From Candidatus Lloydbacteria bacterium RIFCSPHIGHO2_02_FULL_50_18 (GTDB taxonomy: Bacteria; Patescibacteriota; Minisyncoccia; Phycocordibacterales; UBA6899): a stretch of DNA of 64,000 bases. The translations under genes were made by a program, and so were the position numbers. Positions 44,961 to 56,041 of this stretch are shown one piece after another. The first letter of the stretch is position 1; every line of letters starts with the position of its first letter. The notes beneath the pieces are model-generated. The model saw only the letters and a list, made by a program, of their open reading frames with translations. It was not told where the DNA came from and did not search any database. The DNA lies in assembly GCA_001821395.1 (NCBI GenBank), contig MHLM01000012.1:1-64000 (forward strand). The letters run 5' to 3'.

Positions 44961-46490
44961 TTATCTCGCGTACTCGATGCAGCGCATCTCACGGATAACG
45001 GTTATCTTGATCTCCCCGGGATATTTCATTTCCTGCTCTATTTGAAGAGCGATATCTCGTGCGAGTGCATGTGCCTCAAGGTCACTGATTGTCTGCGGTG
45101 TAACGAAGACACGCATTTCGCGGCCAGCCTGAAGCGCGTAGGCTTTTTCTACGCCCGGTTTTGCGCAAGCAATCTTCTCAAGTTCCTCAAGTTTTTTGAG
45201 ATAATTCTCCACCGACGCGCGTCGCGCACCAGGTCTTCCTCCTGAGATCGCATCGGCAGTCTGCACGATGATCGATTCGATCGTTTCATAAGGATATTCC
45301 TCATGGTGGGATTGCATTGCCTTCACGATGCGCTCATCTGCACCGAATTTCGCTAAGATGCGCCGTCCGATCTCCACATGAGTTCCTTGCACTTCATGGT
45401 CAAGCGCCTTTCCGATGTCATGGAAGAGCGCCCCCGCTCGTGCTATCTGCACATTTGCACCCAACTCCTCCGCAAGCATGCCGGAAATATGAGCCATTTC
45501 AATGGAATGCTGAAGCACGTTCTGTCCGTAACTCGTACGGAAGTAAAGCCGTCCGAGAATAGAGACAAGACGGGGATCCATGTTGAGCACGCCGCATTCG
45601 TAGCATGCTTGTTCACCCTTCTCTTTGATGATCTTATTGATGTCGAGGCTGGCTTTTTCCACGAGTTCTTCGATCTTGGAAGGCTGAATGCGTCCGTCGA
45701 GAATAAGATTCTCGAGTGCAACACGTGCGATCTGCCGTCGCACCGGGTCAAATGCGGAAATGATGATCGTTCCCGGAGTGTCATCAACAATGAGTTCAAC
45801 ACCGGCAACGCGCTCGAAGGTGCGGATGTTGCGCCCTTCTTTGCCGATGATCTTACCTTTGATCTCATCGTTTGGAATATTGACCGCTGAGGTCATGATG
45901 TCACCGGCGGTTGACGCAGCGAGGCGTTGAATTGAGGTGGAAAGGATGTCTTTCGCGCGTCGGTCGAGCCGCTCGATGCCCTCGCGCTCCAGCTTTTGTA
46001 ATCGCACACGAAAATCTTCCTCGAACCGTTCGTCGATCTTTTTGACAAGGGCCTGCTTTGCTTCTTCCTCGGAGAGCCCCGCAACCTTCTCAAGTTCCTT
46101 CTCAACAAGCTGTTTCCGCTCTTCGATCGTTGTTTTGATGGCGCGGATCTCTTCTGCTTTTGCCTTGATATTGTCGACTTCCTTGTCGACGTCCTCTTGC
46201 TTTCGGTCGAGTGTTTCCTCCTTCTTTATGAGACGTTCTTCCGTTTTACGCCACTCGTGCTCCTTTTCCTTTTCCTGAGCACGCAATTCTTCGGCTTTTC
46301 TCTCCCCTTTTTTCTCTGATTCTTGAATGATCTTCTGCGCCTCTTCCTTTGCGGAAAGCAGCAATTGCTTGACCTCGATCTCGATCGTACCCTTTTTGCC
46401 TACAGTGAGAGCCCAGCGGATGACATATCCGGCGATAAGGCCGAAAATGCCGCTGCCCACACCAATGGCGATAACCATGGTGAAATCCAT
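44961..46490 (-). CDS. rny: ribonuclease Y
   Basis: N-terminal TM, Glu/Lys coiled coil, KH domain, and HD domain HSIEMAHISGMLAEELGANVQIARAGALFHDIGK. 509 aa. Confidence 0.9.
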   Translation of the reverse strand: MDFTMVIAIGVGSGIFGLIAGYVIRWALTVGKKGTIEIEVKQLLLSAKEEAQKIIQESEKKGERKAEELRAQEKEKEHEWRKTEERLIKKEETLDRKQEDVDKEVDNIKAKAEEIRAIKTTIEERKQLVEKELEKVAGLSEEEAKQALVKKIDERFEEDFRVRLQKLEREGIERLDRRAKDILSTSIQRLAASTAGDIMTSAVNIPNDEIKGKIIGKEGRNIRTFERVAGVELIVDDTPGTIIISAFDPVRRQIARVALENLILDGRIQPSKIEELVEKASLDINKIIKEKGEQACYECGVLNMDPRLVSILGRLYFRTSYGQNVLQHSIEMAHISGMLAEELGANVQIARAGALFHDIGKALDHEVQGTHVEIGRRILAKFGADERIVKAMQSHHEEYPYETIESIIVQTADAISGGRPGARRASVENYLKKLEELEKIACAKPGVEKAYALQAGREMRVFVTPQTISDLEAHALARDIALQIEQEMKYPGEIKITVIREMRCIEYAR

Positions 46491-46812
46491 ATATGTAAAA
46501 ACCGTACCCTACATGACGGATTCGTGTGCGTGCGAAAAAATACGGATGTTCTTTAGGTTTCTTAGCGTAGGTCGGTGAAAGTCGAGAGCATCTGGAGATT
46601 TAAGTGCATACGAGTGGTGTAGGAGGAGGTTCAGATTACGTTGATAAATAACGATATTTCTTCAAATGTCAGTTTGCGTGCCTGCGTGAGATGGATACTG
46701 ACATTCTCAATGTATCAGATTGTCACATAAAGGCAAATTCGATAATGTATTTGGGGATATAAATAAAAAACGACGCATAGTGCGCCGTTGTGGTTGCTGA
46801 GCCCTCGTTTCG

Positions 46813-47103
46813 TCATGAAAGGTATCCCGCATACCAAGTAGTTGCAATAATCATCGCAAGTATTAGTGTTTTTACAAAATAGGTCTTCGATATGTCGCGA
46901 AGCGACGGATGCCAGAGAGCAAAAAACCCGACATAGAGCGCCCAGACCACAATTGCCACAGCAAGTGGAAGGGATCCAATTAGTCCGATTAGCAGGCTAA
47001 TGATCATGACGCGCATGGTCATATTTCTCTCTGAGTGACCGAAGATGATCGCTCCGCCGAGGCGATAGATAGCCTCAAGGCACGTGTAGAAAAACTCCTC
47101 CAT
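46813..47103 (-). CDS. small hydrophobic membrane protein
   Basis: 96 aa with 2-3 TM helices. Confidence 0.45.
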   Translation of the reverse strand: MEEFFYTCLEAIYRLGGAIIFGHSERNMTMRVMIISLLIGLIGSLPLAVAIVVWALYVGFFALWHPSLRDISKTYFVKTLILAMIIATTWYAGYLS

Positions 47104-47170
47104 CTATTTCCCCTCTAAAAAACATCCCATGAATATTCTTTCATGGGATGTCTGTTATTGCAAGCAGTGG

Positions 47171-47767
47171 CTATTTGCTGTTCATTTTTGGTTTCAGCAC
47201 CTCATCGATGAGACCATACTTTTTGGACTCATCGGCAGACATGTAGTTGTCTCGGTCGGAGTCTTTTTCTATCTGATCAATGTTTTTTCCGGTGTTTTTG
47301 GCAAGAATACGATTTAAGTTCTCTTTGGTGCGAAGAATATGTTTCGCGGAAATAGCGATATCGGAGGCTTGTCCCTCGACGCCACCCATCACTTGATGGA
47401 TCATGACCTCAGCGTTCGGAAGTGCGAACCGCTTTCCCTTTGTACCGGAGGCGAGCAATACGGCCGCCATGCTTGCGGCGATGCCGACGCAGATCGTCGA
47501 AACATCAGGCTTGATATGATTCATCGTGTCATAGATCGCTAGTCCTGCGCTCACTGACCCGCCAGGGGAGTGAATATATAATTTAATGTCTTTCTTCGGG
47601 TCTTCTGACTCAAGAAAGAGCATTTGTGCAATGATGATATTGGCGGAATCATCATCAATAGCACCGGACATGAAAATGATACGCTCTTTTAAAAGACGTG
47701 AGTAAATATCATATGCGCGTTCGCCCATGGATGTTTTTTCGATGACCGTTGGAATGAGGTAGCCCAT
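47171..47767 (-). CDS. clpP: ATP-dependent Clp protease proteolytic subunit
   Basis: [15 protein letters not shown], catalytic GIAASMAA (Ser) and MIHQ (His). Start taken at MGYLIPTV. Confidence 0.9.
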   Translation of the reverse strand: MGYLIPTVIEKTSMGERAYDIYSRLLKERIIFMSGAIDDDSANIIIAQMLFLESEDPKKDIKLYIHSPGGSVSAGLAIYDTMNHIKPDVSTICVGIAASMAAVLLASGTKGKRFALPNAEVMIHQVMGGVEGQASDIAISAKHILRTKENLNRILAKNTGKNIDQIEKDSDRDNYMSADESKKYGLIDEVLKPKMNSK

Positions 47768-47821
47768 AGTTTGTAGGTTAGTTAGATAACGGGACCAATG
47801 TAGCACGCAAATCTTCCCTTG

Positions 47822-48553
47822 TCAAAATGCTTTCGTTCCAGCATTTTTGTTTTTTGCTGCAGCGATGAATGCCTGAAAAAGTCTTGTCGACGGTTCATCT
47901 AAGAGCTCTTCCGGATGCCATTGAACACCAATATAAAATGGATGACCCCGTAGTTCGACAGCCTCAATGAGTCCGTCACTGGTCGCACCAGAAGCGGTGA
48001 GTTTGTTAGACAGTCTTTTTATTCCCTGATGGTGAAGACTATTAGTCATAGCTTTCCCCCCTCCATATATTTGTGCGAGCAGCGACCCACTCTTGATTTC
48101 CACTTCGTGTGCGAGAAAGTTGCGTTTTTGACCATCGTGCATGTCGTGTGTGAGTGACCCTGAAAGATCCGTCGTGAGGTGTTGATAGAGTGATCCTCCG
48201 AGAGTAATATTCATTACTTGTAATCCACGACAGATCCCGAGAATTGGTATATTTTTTTCTTGAGCAAGGCGTGCCAGCGTTATCTCTACTCGGTCACGGT
48301 CCTGATCAACGTTGCATGTATGTTCATTTTTTTCTTCTCCGTATGTGTTGGGATCTACGTCATGACCGCCGGCAAGTAAAATTCCATCGATAGTAGAAAG
48401 TAGTTCTTGCAGTGTTTGATCGTCCGGACGTGCAACCATGATAGGGTTGCCACCCGCACGACAGATCGCTTCCGCATATGTTTGATTCAGCTTGTATATT
48501 ATCGGGCGTTGGTCATTTTGAGTAGCGAGCGGGATCAATATGTTTGGTATCAT
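47822..48553 (-). CDS. class I glutamine amidotransferase-like / gamma-glutamyl hydrolase (peptidase C26, PuuD-like)
   Basis: PILGICRGLQVMN (nucleophile Cys) and SLHHQGI (His). Start trimmed to MIPNILIP. Confidence 0.7.
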   Translation of the reverse strand: MIPNILIPLATQNDQRPIIYKLNQTYAEAICRAGGNPIMVARPDDQTLQELLSTIDGILLAGGHDVDPNTYGEEKNEHTCNVDQDRDRVEITLARLAQEKNIPILGICRGLQVMNITLGGSLYQHLTTDLSGSLTHDMHDGQKRNFLAHEVEIKSGSLLAQIYGGGKAMTNSLHHQGIKRLSNKLTASGATSDGLIEAVELRGHPFYIGVQWHPEELLDEPSTRLFQAFIAAAKNKNAGTKAF

Positions 48554-48615
48554 TATTTGTTGAGTATATGAAAACCCACGCTTTGTGTAAACGTGGGTCT
48601 GTGTGCGTAACGATA

Positions 48616-49149
48616 TCAATACCAGGCATGTCGCACCATCTGCGTATGCGATGGAGTGAACCAGTGGATATGTTCTTTGGCGTTTTCTCTCTTGAGGAAT
48701 GAGCGCATGCCCACATTGTCCGACTTGGTGTCGCAATAGAGAGGTAGTGCAAGCAGTGTGGCCAGCCACTTTGCGTTATCAAGCAGCATCGCGCCGTATC
48801 CATTTCCCCGTTCATCAAGAAGAATGATGAGCCTGCGAATGAATATTCCGCTCACTGATGCTTGTTGCACCCCATCAAAAACATATTGCTGTTCATACGC
48901 TGTAGGTTTTGCATTTTGGACGACAGAAACCCCGATACATCCAATTACTGCACCATTCGCATTTGTCATTGTTTTCTCGAGGCGTATCCGCGAGCGGAGA
49001 ACGAGAGTCCTTGCGTTGTATTGTTCCGTGTTTTTTATTTCCGCGAGAATATCCTTCAGATACGGCATGCCACCCATGGCATTTTTCATTTTTGTATCCG
49101 CAGTAAAAAGTTGACGAATACTTTCTATTTTTGAAAGGAGCACGAGCAT
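48616..49149 (-). CDS. putative GNAT-family acetyltransferase
   Basis: IRRLIILLDERGNGYGAMLL resembles GNAT motif A. Weak assignment. Confidence 0.45.
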   Translation of the reverse strand: MLVLLSKIESIRQLFTADTKMKNAMGGMPYLKDILAEIKNTEQYNARTLVLRSRIRLEKTMTNANGAVIGCIGVSVVQNAKPTAYEQQYVFDGVQQASVSGIFIRRLIILLDERGNGYGAMLLDNAKWLATLLALPLYCDTKSDNVGMRSFLKRENAKEHIHWFTPSHTQMVRHAWY

Positions 49150-49208
49150 TCTCCTCTATATTTTATTCTTTACGCACACTAACAACAGAAAAAACTTTCT
49201 GCAAGACC

Positions 49209-50276
49209 CTAGGAAATTTGAGACTCTAGGAATTCGAACACCTTTTCATTCGTAAGCAGCATGTGTACATAACTGTGAATGCGATCTTTTTCCGCTTCGG
49301 GGTAGCGTGCTTGAAGTGCTTTTACGTCACGCTCAATAAGTGTTTGGTCAGGTTCAATTTTTTCCGCATCGGCGATCTTTCCGACAAGGATCTGAATGAT
49401 CGCTCTTTTGATCGCATCAGGGCGCCAGTCTTTCCGCATGTCTTCTTTTGTTTTTTCAACTTTCTTTAAGTATCCCTCGATATCGAGTCCCATGCGCGCA
49501 ACATCCGCGGAAAATTCATCTTCCATACGCAAAAGCTCCTGGTCGATGATGATCTCGGGAAGTTCGATCTTCGTATCAGCGACGATCGCTTCCATGATGG
49601 CAATACGTTTTTTATCTTTTACTTCGCGCGACTTCTCGGTGAGCATGTTTTCCTGTAATTTCGCCCTGAGTTCCTCAAGGTTTTTGAACTCACCAAGCGT
49701 TGCCACGTACGCATCGTCTAATTCGGGGAGCGGTGCACTCTCATCAAATTCTTTTCCTTCACTCTCCGCTATGCTCTGTGCACGCATACGACGTATCTGT
49801 TCGAGGGTCTTCGTCATGTCTTCCTCGTTCACGGTGACCTCTGCTTTTGTCTTTCCCGCCTTCGCCGCAATCTTTTTGTAGTCGGGGAGTTCATACTCCG
49901 GAAATACGGCTGTTGTGATCGTGAACTCAAGGGGATTCCCTCGTGCGATCTTCGAGATGTGTATCTCCGGTCGTCCAAGTACGTCGATCTTCTCCGCGAC
50001 GACGATCGTCGGATATGCCCTACTGATCGAAATTTCCGCCATTTCCTCAAGGAGCGCAGCTTCCCCGATCTTGGTGATCAAGACCTTCTCAGGAACGTGG
50101 CCTTTCCGGAAGCCCGGAAGTTCGACGTCGGCACCGATACGCCTTATCGCTTCACTCTGCGTCGCGTCAAATTCGTCTGCACCGACAGATGTCTTTATTT
50201 CAATTCGTGAGCCTGATAATTTTTTGATCGCTACCGGATATGTTGTGTTGGTTTGTTGGTCCATAAGTGCGCGCAT
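49209..50276 (-). CDS. tig: trigger factor (short form)
   Basis: N-terminal ribosome-binding signature ELPGFRKGHVPEKVL. The position upstream of clpP is typical. Start assumed at MRALMDQQ. Confidence 0.75.
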   Translation of the reverse strand: MRALMDQQTNTTYPVAIKKLSGSRIEIKTSVGADEFDATQSEAIRRIGADVELPGFRKGHVPEKVLITKIGEAALLEEMAEISISRAYPTIVVAEKIDVLGRPEIHISKIARGNPLEFTITTAVFPEYELPDYKKIAAKAGKTKAEVTVNEEDMTKTLEQIRRMRAQSIAESEGKEFDESAPLPELDDAYVATLGEFKNLEELRAKLQENMLTEKSREVKDKKRIAIMEAIVADTKIELPEIIIDQELLRMEDEFSADVARMGLDIEGYLKKVEKTKEDMRKDWRPDAIKRAIIQILVGKIADAEKIEPDQTLIERDVKALQARYPEAEKDRIHSYVHMLLTNEKVFEFLESQIS

Positions 50277-50358
50277 AGTAGCGTTTTTGCGGCATTTTCG
50301 CAAGCAAAAAACACGACATCGTGGGATGTCGTGTTTTTCAGCAAAGTGCACGCAACGA

Positions 50359-50658
50359 CTATATGCTATTTATGTCATTGAGCGAGTTGAGGTCTGTTGC
50401 CTCTAGATCCGCATCGATGGCGCTGATCTCGTCCGAGGTGCCTTGCACCTGGAACGCGGCTGTCGCAGTGTCGACCTCGGTGCTTGCCGCACCCGTCGTA
50501 TCCGAAGGGGTTGCTGCAGGCGATCCCGCGTCGTATTGCTGCATGAAGATGTACCAGCCGCCGACGAGGAGGGCGATGAGTAATGATAATCCGGCAATGA
50601 CGTTTCCTAACGTTCGGTGATGCCCCGCTAGTACGGGAATGTTTGTGTCTTGATCCAT
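50359..50658 (-). CDS. small membrane-anchored hypothetical protein
   Basis: 99 aa with one TM GLSLLIALLVGGWYIF and an acidic Thr/Ala-rich tail. Confidence 0.45.
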   Translation of the reverse strand: MDQDTNIPVLAGHHRTLGNVIAGLSLLIALLVGGWYIFMQQYDAGSPAATPSDTTGAASTEVDTATAAFQVQGTSDEISAIDADLEATDLNSLNDINSI

Positions 50659-50667
50659 AGTGATGAA

Positions 50668-51450
50668 TTAATTAACTGTGGATGAAGCGGTGCTTGTAGC
50701 TGCAACCCCCTCGATCTTCACATTGGCTTTTAATGATACTATCGCCACGACAAGCGCCTTGTGTGCTGCGACGACGGCAATGCGGGCTTCCTCGAGGGCT
50801 TCACGGACCGGTTTGCCTGCGTCGCTCGGAGTTGTACTCCCGGTCATCGCATCAGCCTGAGTCGCCGCTCCCAATATTGAAGCTTCTGCTTTTGCGACTG
50901 CCGCTCTAGCCTCAGTAATCTTTGTTCGCGTGATTGCTACATTTGCAGTAGCGGAAGTAGTATCGACCCCTTTTTCTATGAGTTTTGCGATCCGTGAATC
51001 AACACGATCCGCTAATTTTTCGATGCGCTCGATCGCAGCATTCATGCGTCCGATCATTTGCCGAGCCATGCGTTTCAATATTTCGCTGCGGCGCTCTTCT
51101 TTGCGATCATTCATTTCCTGGCGCCGCTCGTCGATGCGCTCCTTGCGCTCCCCAAGAGGTGGCGTGCCACTCCCGATCAATCGGTCGCGTTCCTCCATTT
51201 CACGCTTGATCTGTGGAGGTAATGACCTCGTGCCACTGGCAACCATGCGCTCTTTTGTTGCGGGGGTACCGAGTGGTTGCGACCGCGTCGTCGTGGCACC
51301 ACGCGGGGGCAGCGGCATGACTCTTGGTAAATTGTTGCGCATCATTACCGGCGCAACGGTTGCTTCTTCAGATTGTTGCGCAAGCGCCGAAAGCGGGGTG
51401 CACAGTAAGAGTCCGAGGACACTGAATGAAATGAGTTGTGTTGTTTTCAT
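50668..51450 (-). CDS. secreted coiled-coil hypothetical protein
   Basis: Start at MKTTQLISFSVLGLLLCTPLSALA (signal peptide). The rest is Arg/Glu-rich helical (ERRQEMNDRKEERRSEILKRM). Confidence 0.55.
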   Translation of the reverse strand: MKTTQLISFSVLGLLLCTPLSALAQQSEEATVAPVMMRNNLPRVMPLPPRGATTTRSQPLGTPATKERMVASGTRSLPPQIKREMEERDRLIGSGTPPLGERKERIDERRQEMNDRKEERRSEILKRMARQMIGRMNAAIERIEKLADRVDSRIAKLIEKGVDTTSATANVAITRTKITEARAAVAKAEASILGAATQADAMTGSTTPSDAGKPVREALEEARIAVVAAHKALVVAIVSLKANVKIEGVAATSTASSTVN

Positions 51451-51612
51451 AAAAAGTGTGGATAAATTAATACTAAAATTACTTTCTCCAGTATAGCAAA
51501 ACCCACACTTTTTGTGACGATACCGATCGCAACAGAGAAATTCAGCAAAATGAAAGCCATCCGACCACGCTTCTCCGCGGGGCATTCGCCTCCGCTGGTG
51601 TTCGGTAATAGT

Positions 51613-51905
51613 GCTTTATTGCCGACGTAGAGCGAGCGACCTAAAATTTCATCGAGTCTCTGCGAGTACTGAAATTTGGAAGTACTCTCTGTGGTGCGAA
51701 ATGAAAAAGTCTTCTTTTTCATTTCCGGGCGACCAATTTTTCTTAGCAGTATTCTGCTTTAGAAAAATGGAAGTACTCACCGTGGTGCCGAGGAGAGCTA
51801 AAAAAGGTTTAATACCCCGCGGCACAGCCCTAGACTCGCGCGAGGCTTTGCGAGCCCATCGCGAGTCCAGGGCTTGCCCTGGGGTTTAATACCTTTTATT
51901 AAACA
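51613..51905. repeat. copy B of the 230-290 bp hairpin-containing repeat element (inverted relative to copy A at 24983-25222), with a ~55-bp internal partial duplication
   Basis: The reverse complement aligns with copy A across the hairpin GCCCTAGACTCGCG...CGCGAGTCCAGGGC and the flank GAAATGAAAAAGTCTTCTTTTTCATTTCCGGGCGACCAATTTTTCTTAGCAGTATTCTGCTTTAGAAAAATGGAAGTACTC. Confidence 0.6.
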
Positions 51906-51957
51906 AAACGTCCCCAATGTAACATTGGGGACGTTTGCGCGAAAAGATTGCCCGATA

Positions 51958-53961
51958 CTATTTTGCCATTAAGGCGACAAGGAGCAATGCAACAATGTTC
52001 AAAATCTTGATCATCGGATTGATTGCGGGTCCAGCAGTATCTTTATAAGGATCACCGACCGTGTCACCGGTTACTGCGGCCTTATGGGCATCACTGCCCT
52101 TGCCGCCAAAGTTCCCTTGCTCGATATACTTCTTTGCGTTGTCCCACGCACCTCCACCCGTGGTCATGGAAATTGCCACAAAGAGTCCAGTAACGATGCT
52201 TCCCACGAGGAGTCCACCGAGTGCCTCGGGGCCAAGCACGAACCAAACGATAACTGGAGCAAGCACAGGAATAAGTGCCGGAACGATCATTTCTTTCAGT
52301 GCAGCTGCGGTGACGATCTCAACTGCCTTGGAATAATCGGGTTTTCCGGTACCGTCCATGATTCCCTTGATCTCGCGAAATTGTCTGCGAACTTCTTCCA
52401 CAACGCTCCCCGCTGTTTTTCCGACAGCCTCCATGCAGAGTGCAGCGAAGTAGTAGGGAAGCATTCCTCCGATAAAGAGTCCGACGATAACGTACGGGTC
52501 CCCGAGCTCAAAGACCAATTTGTGACCGATGGCCTCAAACTCCTGCGTGTATGATGCAAAAAGAACGAGTGCCGCAAGTCCTGCTGAGCCGATCGCATAA
52601 CCTTTGGTTACCGCCTTCGTGGTGTTTCCCACGGCATCGAGAGGGTCAGTGATCGCACGTACTGACTCAGGAAGTTCTGCCATTTCCGCAATCCCTCCGG
52701 CATTGTCGGTGATTGGACCGAATGTGTCGATTGCGATGATAACTCCAGCGATAGAGAGCATGCTCATTGCGGCAACTGCGATGCCGTAGATTCCGGCGAA
52801 GGAGTGCGCAATTAAAATTCCCCCCACGATTGCAATGACGGGGAGTGCCGTTGCCTTCATCGAGATTGCCAGTCCTTGGATGACGTTTGTCCCATGTCCT
52901 GAGGTCGACGCCTTCGCTATCGACTGAACTGGTGCGTGGTTTGTGCCAGTGTAGTAGTCAGTAATGACGACAAGCAATCCGGTTACCACAAGACCAACGA
53001 GCGCCGCGATGAAAAGATTAATGGTTGGCCATGATCCGTTGTCGGTCATGAGCATATTTGTGACAGGGTAAAACGCGGCGGCTGATACAATCCCAGATAC
53101 GATGAGCGCCTTATAAAGCGCGCCCATGATATTTTGTGATTTACCGAGTTTGACGAACCACGTCCCTATAATTGATGCGATGATGGAAACTCCGCCGAGC
53201 ACAAGGGGGAACACGACCGCATTGGGAAAGTTGGGGAACATGAGTTCTCCGAGCAGCATCGCTGCGATTGATGTCACTGCATATGTTTCGAATAGGTCTG
53301 CTGCCATTCCTGCGCAGTCTCCGACGTTGTCTCCGACGTTGTCTGCAATGACCGCGGGATTTCGTGGATCATCTTCAGGGATACCTGCCTCTACTTTTCC
53401 AACCAAGTCCGCACCCACATCGGCTGCTTTGGTAAAAATTCCACCACCCAATCGGGCAAAGACAGATATCAAACTCGCACCAAAGCCAAGTCCGATAAGT
53501 GACTTTACATCACCAGTCCACCAAAAGAAGACGGTCAACGAAAGAAGCGCGAGTCCAACCACCATGAGGCCGGTGACGGCACCACCGCGAAATGCGACGG
53601 ATAGCGCGGGTGCTAATCCACCCTTTGCTGCCTCCGCTGTTCGGACGTTGGAGCGCACTGATACGTTCATTCCAATATACCCTGCAATGGCAGATGAAAC
53701 TGCACCAACGAGAAACCCTATTCCCGTAGTAATATCAAGAAAGTACGAGAGCAATCCAAATATGATGAGCGCTATTGGCGCAATCGCTTTGTATTGCTTA
53801 TTGAGGAACGCCTCTGCACCGATACGAATGGCACCCGATATCTCTTGCATGCGTGCGCTTCCCGCACTCATGCTCAAGATGCTTTTTGCAGTCCATAGAC
53901 CATAGAGAATGGCCAACAGAGAACTTGCTATTGCGAACAGAATATAATTACTCATATACAT
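51958..53961 (-). CDS. hppA: membrane-bound proton/sodium-translocating pyrophosphatase
   Basis: About 16 TM helices with the motifs [32 protein letters not shown] and [19 protein letters not shown]. Confidence 0.9.
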   Translation of the reverse strand: MYMSNYILFAIASSLLAILYGLWTAKSILSMSAGSARMQEISGAIRIGAEAFLNKQYKAIAPIALIIFGLLSYFLDITTGIGFLVGAVSSAIAGYIGMNVSVRSNVRTAEAAKGGLAPALSVAFRGGAVTGLMVVGLALLSLTVFFWWTGDVKSLIGLGFGASLISVFARLGGGIFTKAADVGADLVGKVEAGIPEDDPRNPAVIADNVGDNVGDCAGMAADLFETYAVTSIAAMLLGELMFPNFPNAVVFPLVLGGVSIIASIIGTWFVKLGKSQNIMGALYKALIVSGIVSAAAFYPVTNMLMTDNGSWPTINLFIAALVGLVVTGLLVVITDYYTGTNHAPVQSIAKASTSGHGTNVIQGLAISMKATALPVIAIVGGILIAHSFAGIYGIAVAAMSMLSIAGVIIAIDTFGPITDNAGGIAEMAELPESVRAITDPLDAVGNTTKAVTKGYAIGSAGLAALVLFASYTQEFEAIGHKLVFELGDPYVIVGLFIGGMLPYYFAALCMEAVGKTAGSVVEEVRRQFREIKGIMDGTGKPDYSKAVEIVTAAALKEMIVPALIPVLAPVIVWFVLGPEALGGLLVGSIVTGLFVAISMTTGGGAWDNAKKYIEQGNFGGKGSDAHKAAVTGDTVGDPYKDTAGPAINPMIKILNIVALLLVALMAK

Positions 53962-54050
53962 CTTTATACTATTTTTAATAATGAGATTTCCAAAGATTAT
54001 CGCTATTTTACCTACAAAGCACATGCTCGCGCAATACGCGAATGTGACCG

Positions 54051-55397
54051 CTAGTTATTGTCGGTGTTCGTATTTTCCTCGACAACCTCTTTGTCTTCTG
54101 CGGCCTCCTCCGCCTCGGTAACAAGCTCAGTGTTTGGCTCTCCGGCTGACTCGTCGGATGCGATGAATTCCGCCACTTCTTCCTCGGGAGTACTCATTGG
54201 TTCAGCAATCGCTCCCGGTGTCCCCGCATAGGCCTCCCCTTCGGTTGATTTGATGTCGATACGGAATCCCGTAAGTTTTGCGGCAAGGCGTACATTCTGT
54301 CCGCCGCGTCCGATCGCAAGGGAGAGCTGATCAGAGGTAACTTCCACGGTCGCATGTCGTTCTTCTTTGTTGACGATCACACTGCGAACCTTTGCCGGAG
54401 AAAGGGCGTCTGAAATGAATTTTTCGATATCGGGTGACCATTCAATGACATCGATCTTCTCTCCCGCAAGTTCGGAGATGACCGTTGCGACACGTACCCC
54501 GCGTTGTCCGACGCACGAACCAACAGGATCGATGTGTGGATCGTTTGAATACACCGCAATCTTCGTGCGGGATCCCGCTTCACGCGCGATCTCTTTCAGT
54601 TCGACTACGCCGGTGGATACTTCAGGTGCTTCGATCGCAAAGAGTGCGCGAACAAAGTTTGGATGGGCGCGTGAGAGTCGAAGATTAATCCCTCGCGGTG
54701 ATTCCTCAACACTATAGAGGTAACTACGCAAACGTTCTCCGGTACGATAACGCTCCCCCGGGATCTGGTCTTCATATGACAGCAGTCCTGGTGCGCGCCC
54801 AAGGTCAATAAAGATATTTCCGCGCTCGATGCGCTGGACGATACCCGTCACGATCTCCTCTCCCTTTTGTGCGAATTCGTCTAAGACCGAAGACTTCTCA
54901 GCCTCACGGATCTTTTGGATGATCACCTGCTTTGCGGTCTGAGCGGCAATTCGGCCGTAATCATCCTTTGCTTCGAGATTAAAGACGAGCTCTTCGCCAA
55001 GCTCCGCGTCTTTTTTGATGAGTCGCGCATCTTCGATCATGATGTGATGCTCAGGATTGAAGCGCACGCGCGTGTCGATGTCTCCCTCTCCCTCAGCGCC
55101 GACGATCGGCTCGGGTGCGGAAACGAACGGACGCACTGGAGCATCATCTTCTTCCTCCTCTCCCTCGATCGGCTGGCGCACCATCGTGTCGTCGACGACG
55201 ATCTTTACCTGCTCAAAGTCCGTCTTTCCGGTGTCCATGTCGAGTCTTGCGCGCACGATCTGCCCCTTTTTGCCGTAGTCTTTCTTGTATGCGGCAGCAA
55301 GCGCAGCCTCGATGGCGTCGATGATCTTTTCCTTCGAGATACCGCGCTCCTCCTCAAGCTGCTCTAGAGCCGACTTCATTGTTTTTAGATCCAACAT
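54051..55397 (-). CDS. nusA: transcription termination/antitermination factor NusA
   Basis: N-terminal domain, S1 domain ([21 protein letters not shown]), two KH domains and an acidic C-terminal tail. Confidence 0.9.
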   Translation of the reverse strand: MLDLKTMKSALEQLEEERGISKEKIIDAIEAALAAAYKKDYGKKGQIVRARLDMDTGKTDFEQVKIVVDDTMVRQPIEGEEEEDDAPVRPFVSAPEPIVGAEGEGDIDTRVRFNPEHHIMIEDARLIKKDAELGEELVFNLEAKDDYGRIAAQTAKQVIIQKIREAEKSSVLDEFAQKGEEIVTGIVQRIERGNIFIDLGRAPGLLSYEDQIPGERYRTGERLRSYLYSVEESPRGINLRLSRAHPNFVRALFAIEAPEVSTGVVELKEIAREAGSRTKIAVYSNDPHIDPVGSCVGQRGVRVATVISELAGEKIDVIEWSPDIEKFISDALSPAKVRSVIVNKEERHATVEVTSDQLSLAIGRGGQNVRLAAKLTGFRIDIKSTEGEAYAGTPGAIAEPMSTPEEEVAEFIASDESAGEPNTELVTEAEEAAEDKEVVEENTNTDNN

Positions 55398-55518
55398 ATA
55401 TAGTACGAATTATGAATAACTGGTAATTCATGGTTTCCCTTAAATAGGAAAAATTAAAACAGCGTACCGTAGTACCCTGTTTATGATGATTGAATGCTAG
55501 CAAGGGGAGTGATTCCCG

Positions 55519-55944
55519 TCAATGCTTGATCCCGGTTGCGTGATTCTTCTCCGATTTTTTGGCTGAACCATTCTTCTGCACTACGAATTCGGGTGCAAAT
55601 ACGAAATGTTCCCGCTTTTCACCGCATCTCGGACATTTGTACGCGACGCCATAGCTGCGGACATGAGTGTTGAGTCTGTCGGGTCTTCCTCCGAGCCACT
55701 TCAGCTCATATTCTGTATCCGGAGGCAGCGCACCGGAGACCCCAGAGATCACCCCCCTCGCGATGTAGTGCTTATTACTCATAAGGCACTCGCGTTGCTC
55801 CAATATCGTGACCTTGTCCCCGACCTTTGCAACGGCGGCTTCGACCGGCAGTTTTTCGCATGCCTCGCACGCTTTTTTGGATGAATACGCCGTTTTACAC
55901 GTTTTGCAAATATAGGTTGTGACGATCTTCCTCTTCGCTTTCAT
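55519..55944 (-). CDS. zinc-ribbon hypothetical protein (start at MKAKRKIV with AAGGGGGG ribosome-binding site)
   Basis: CKTCKTAY...CEACEK and CPRCGEKREH cysteine pairs. Confidence 0.5.
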   Translation of the reverse strand: MKAKRKIVTTYICKTCKTAYSSKKACEACEKLPVEAAVAKVGDKVTILEQRECLMSNKHYIARGVISGVSGALPPDTEYELKWLGGRPDRLNTHVRSYGVAYKCPRCGEKREHFVFAPEFVVQKNGSAKKSEKNHATGIKH

Positions 55945-56041
55945 GTTCTGACCCCCCTTATGATGAACGACTTTTTGCATCATACACGCAATTATCGGTG
56001 TTGCAACGGGTAATCCTTGATATAATGAATCAAGCAAATTT

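Noticed and set aside
45378-45890. 170-aa plus-strand ORF
   Set aside because: Antisense to rny (RNase Y).
53126-53905. 259-aa plus-strand ORF rich in Ala/Ser/Pro
   Set aside because: Entirely antisense to the well-supported hppA gene. Typical shadow ORF in GC-rich membrane-protein coding DNA.
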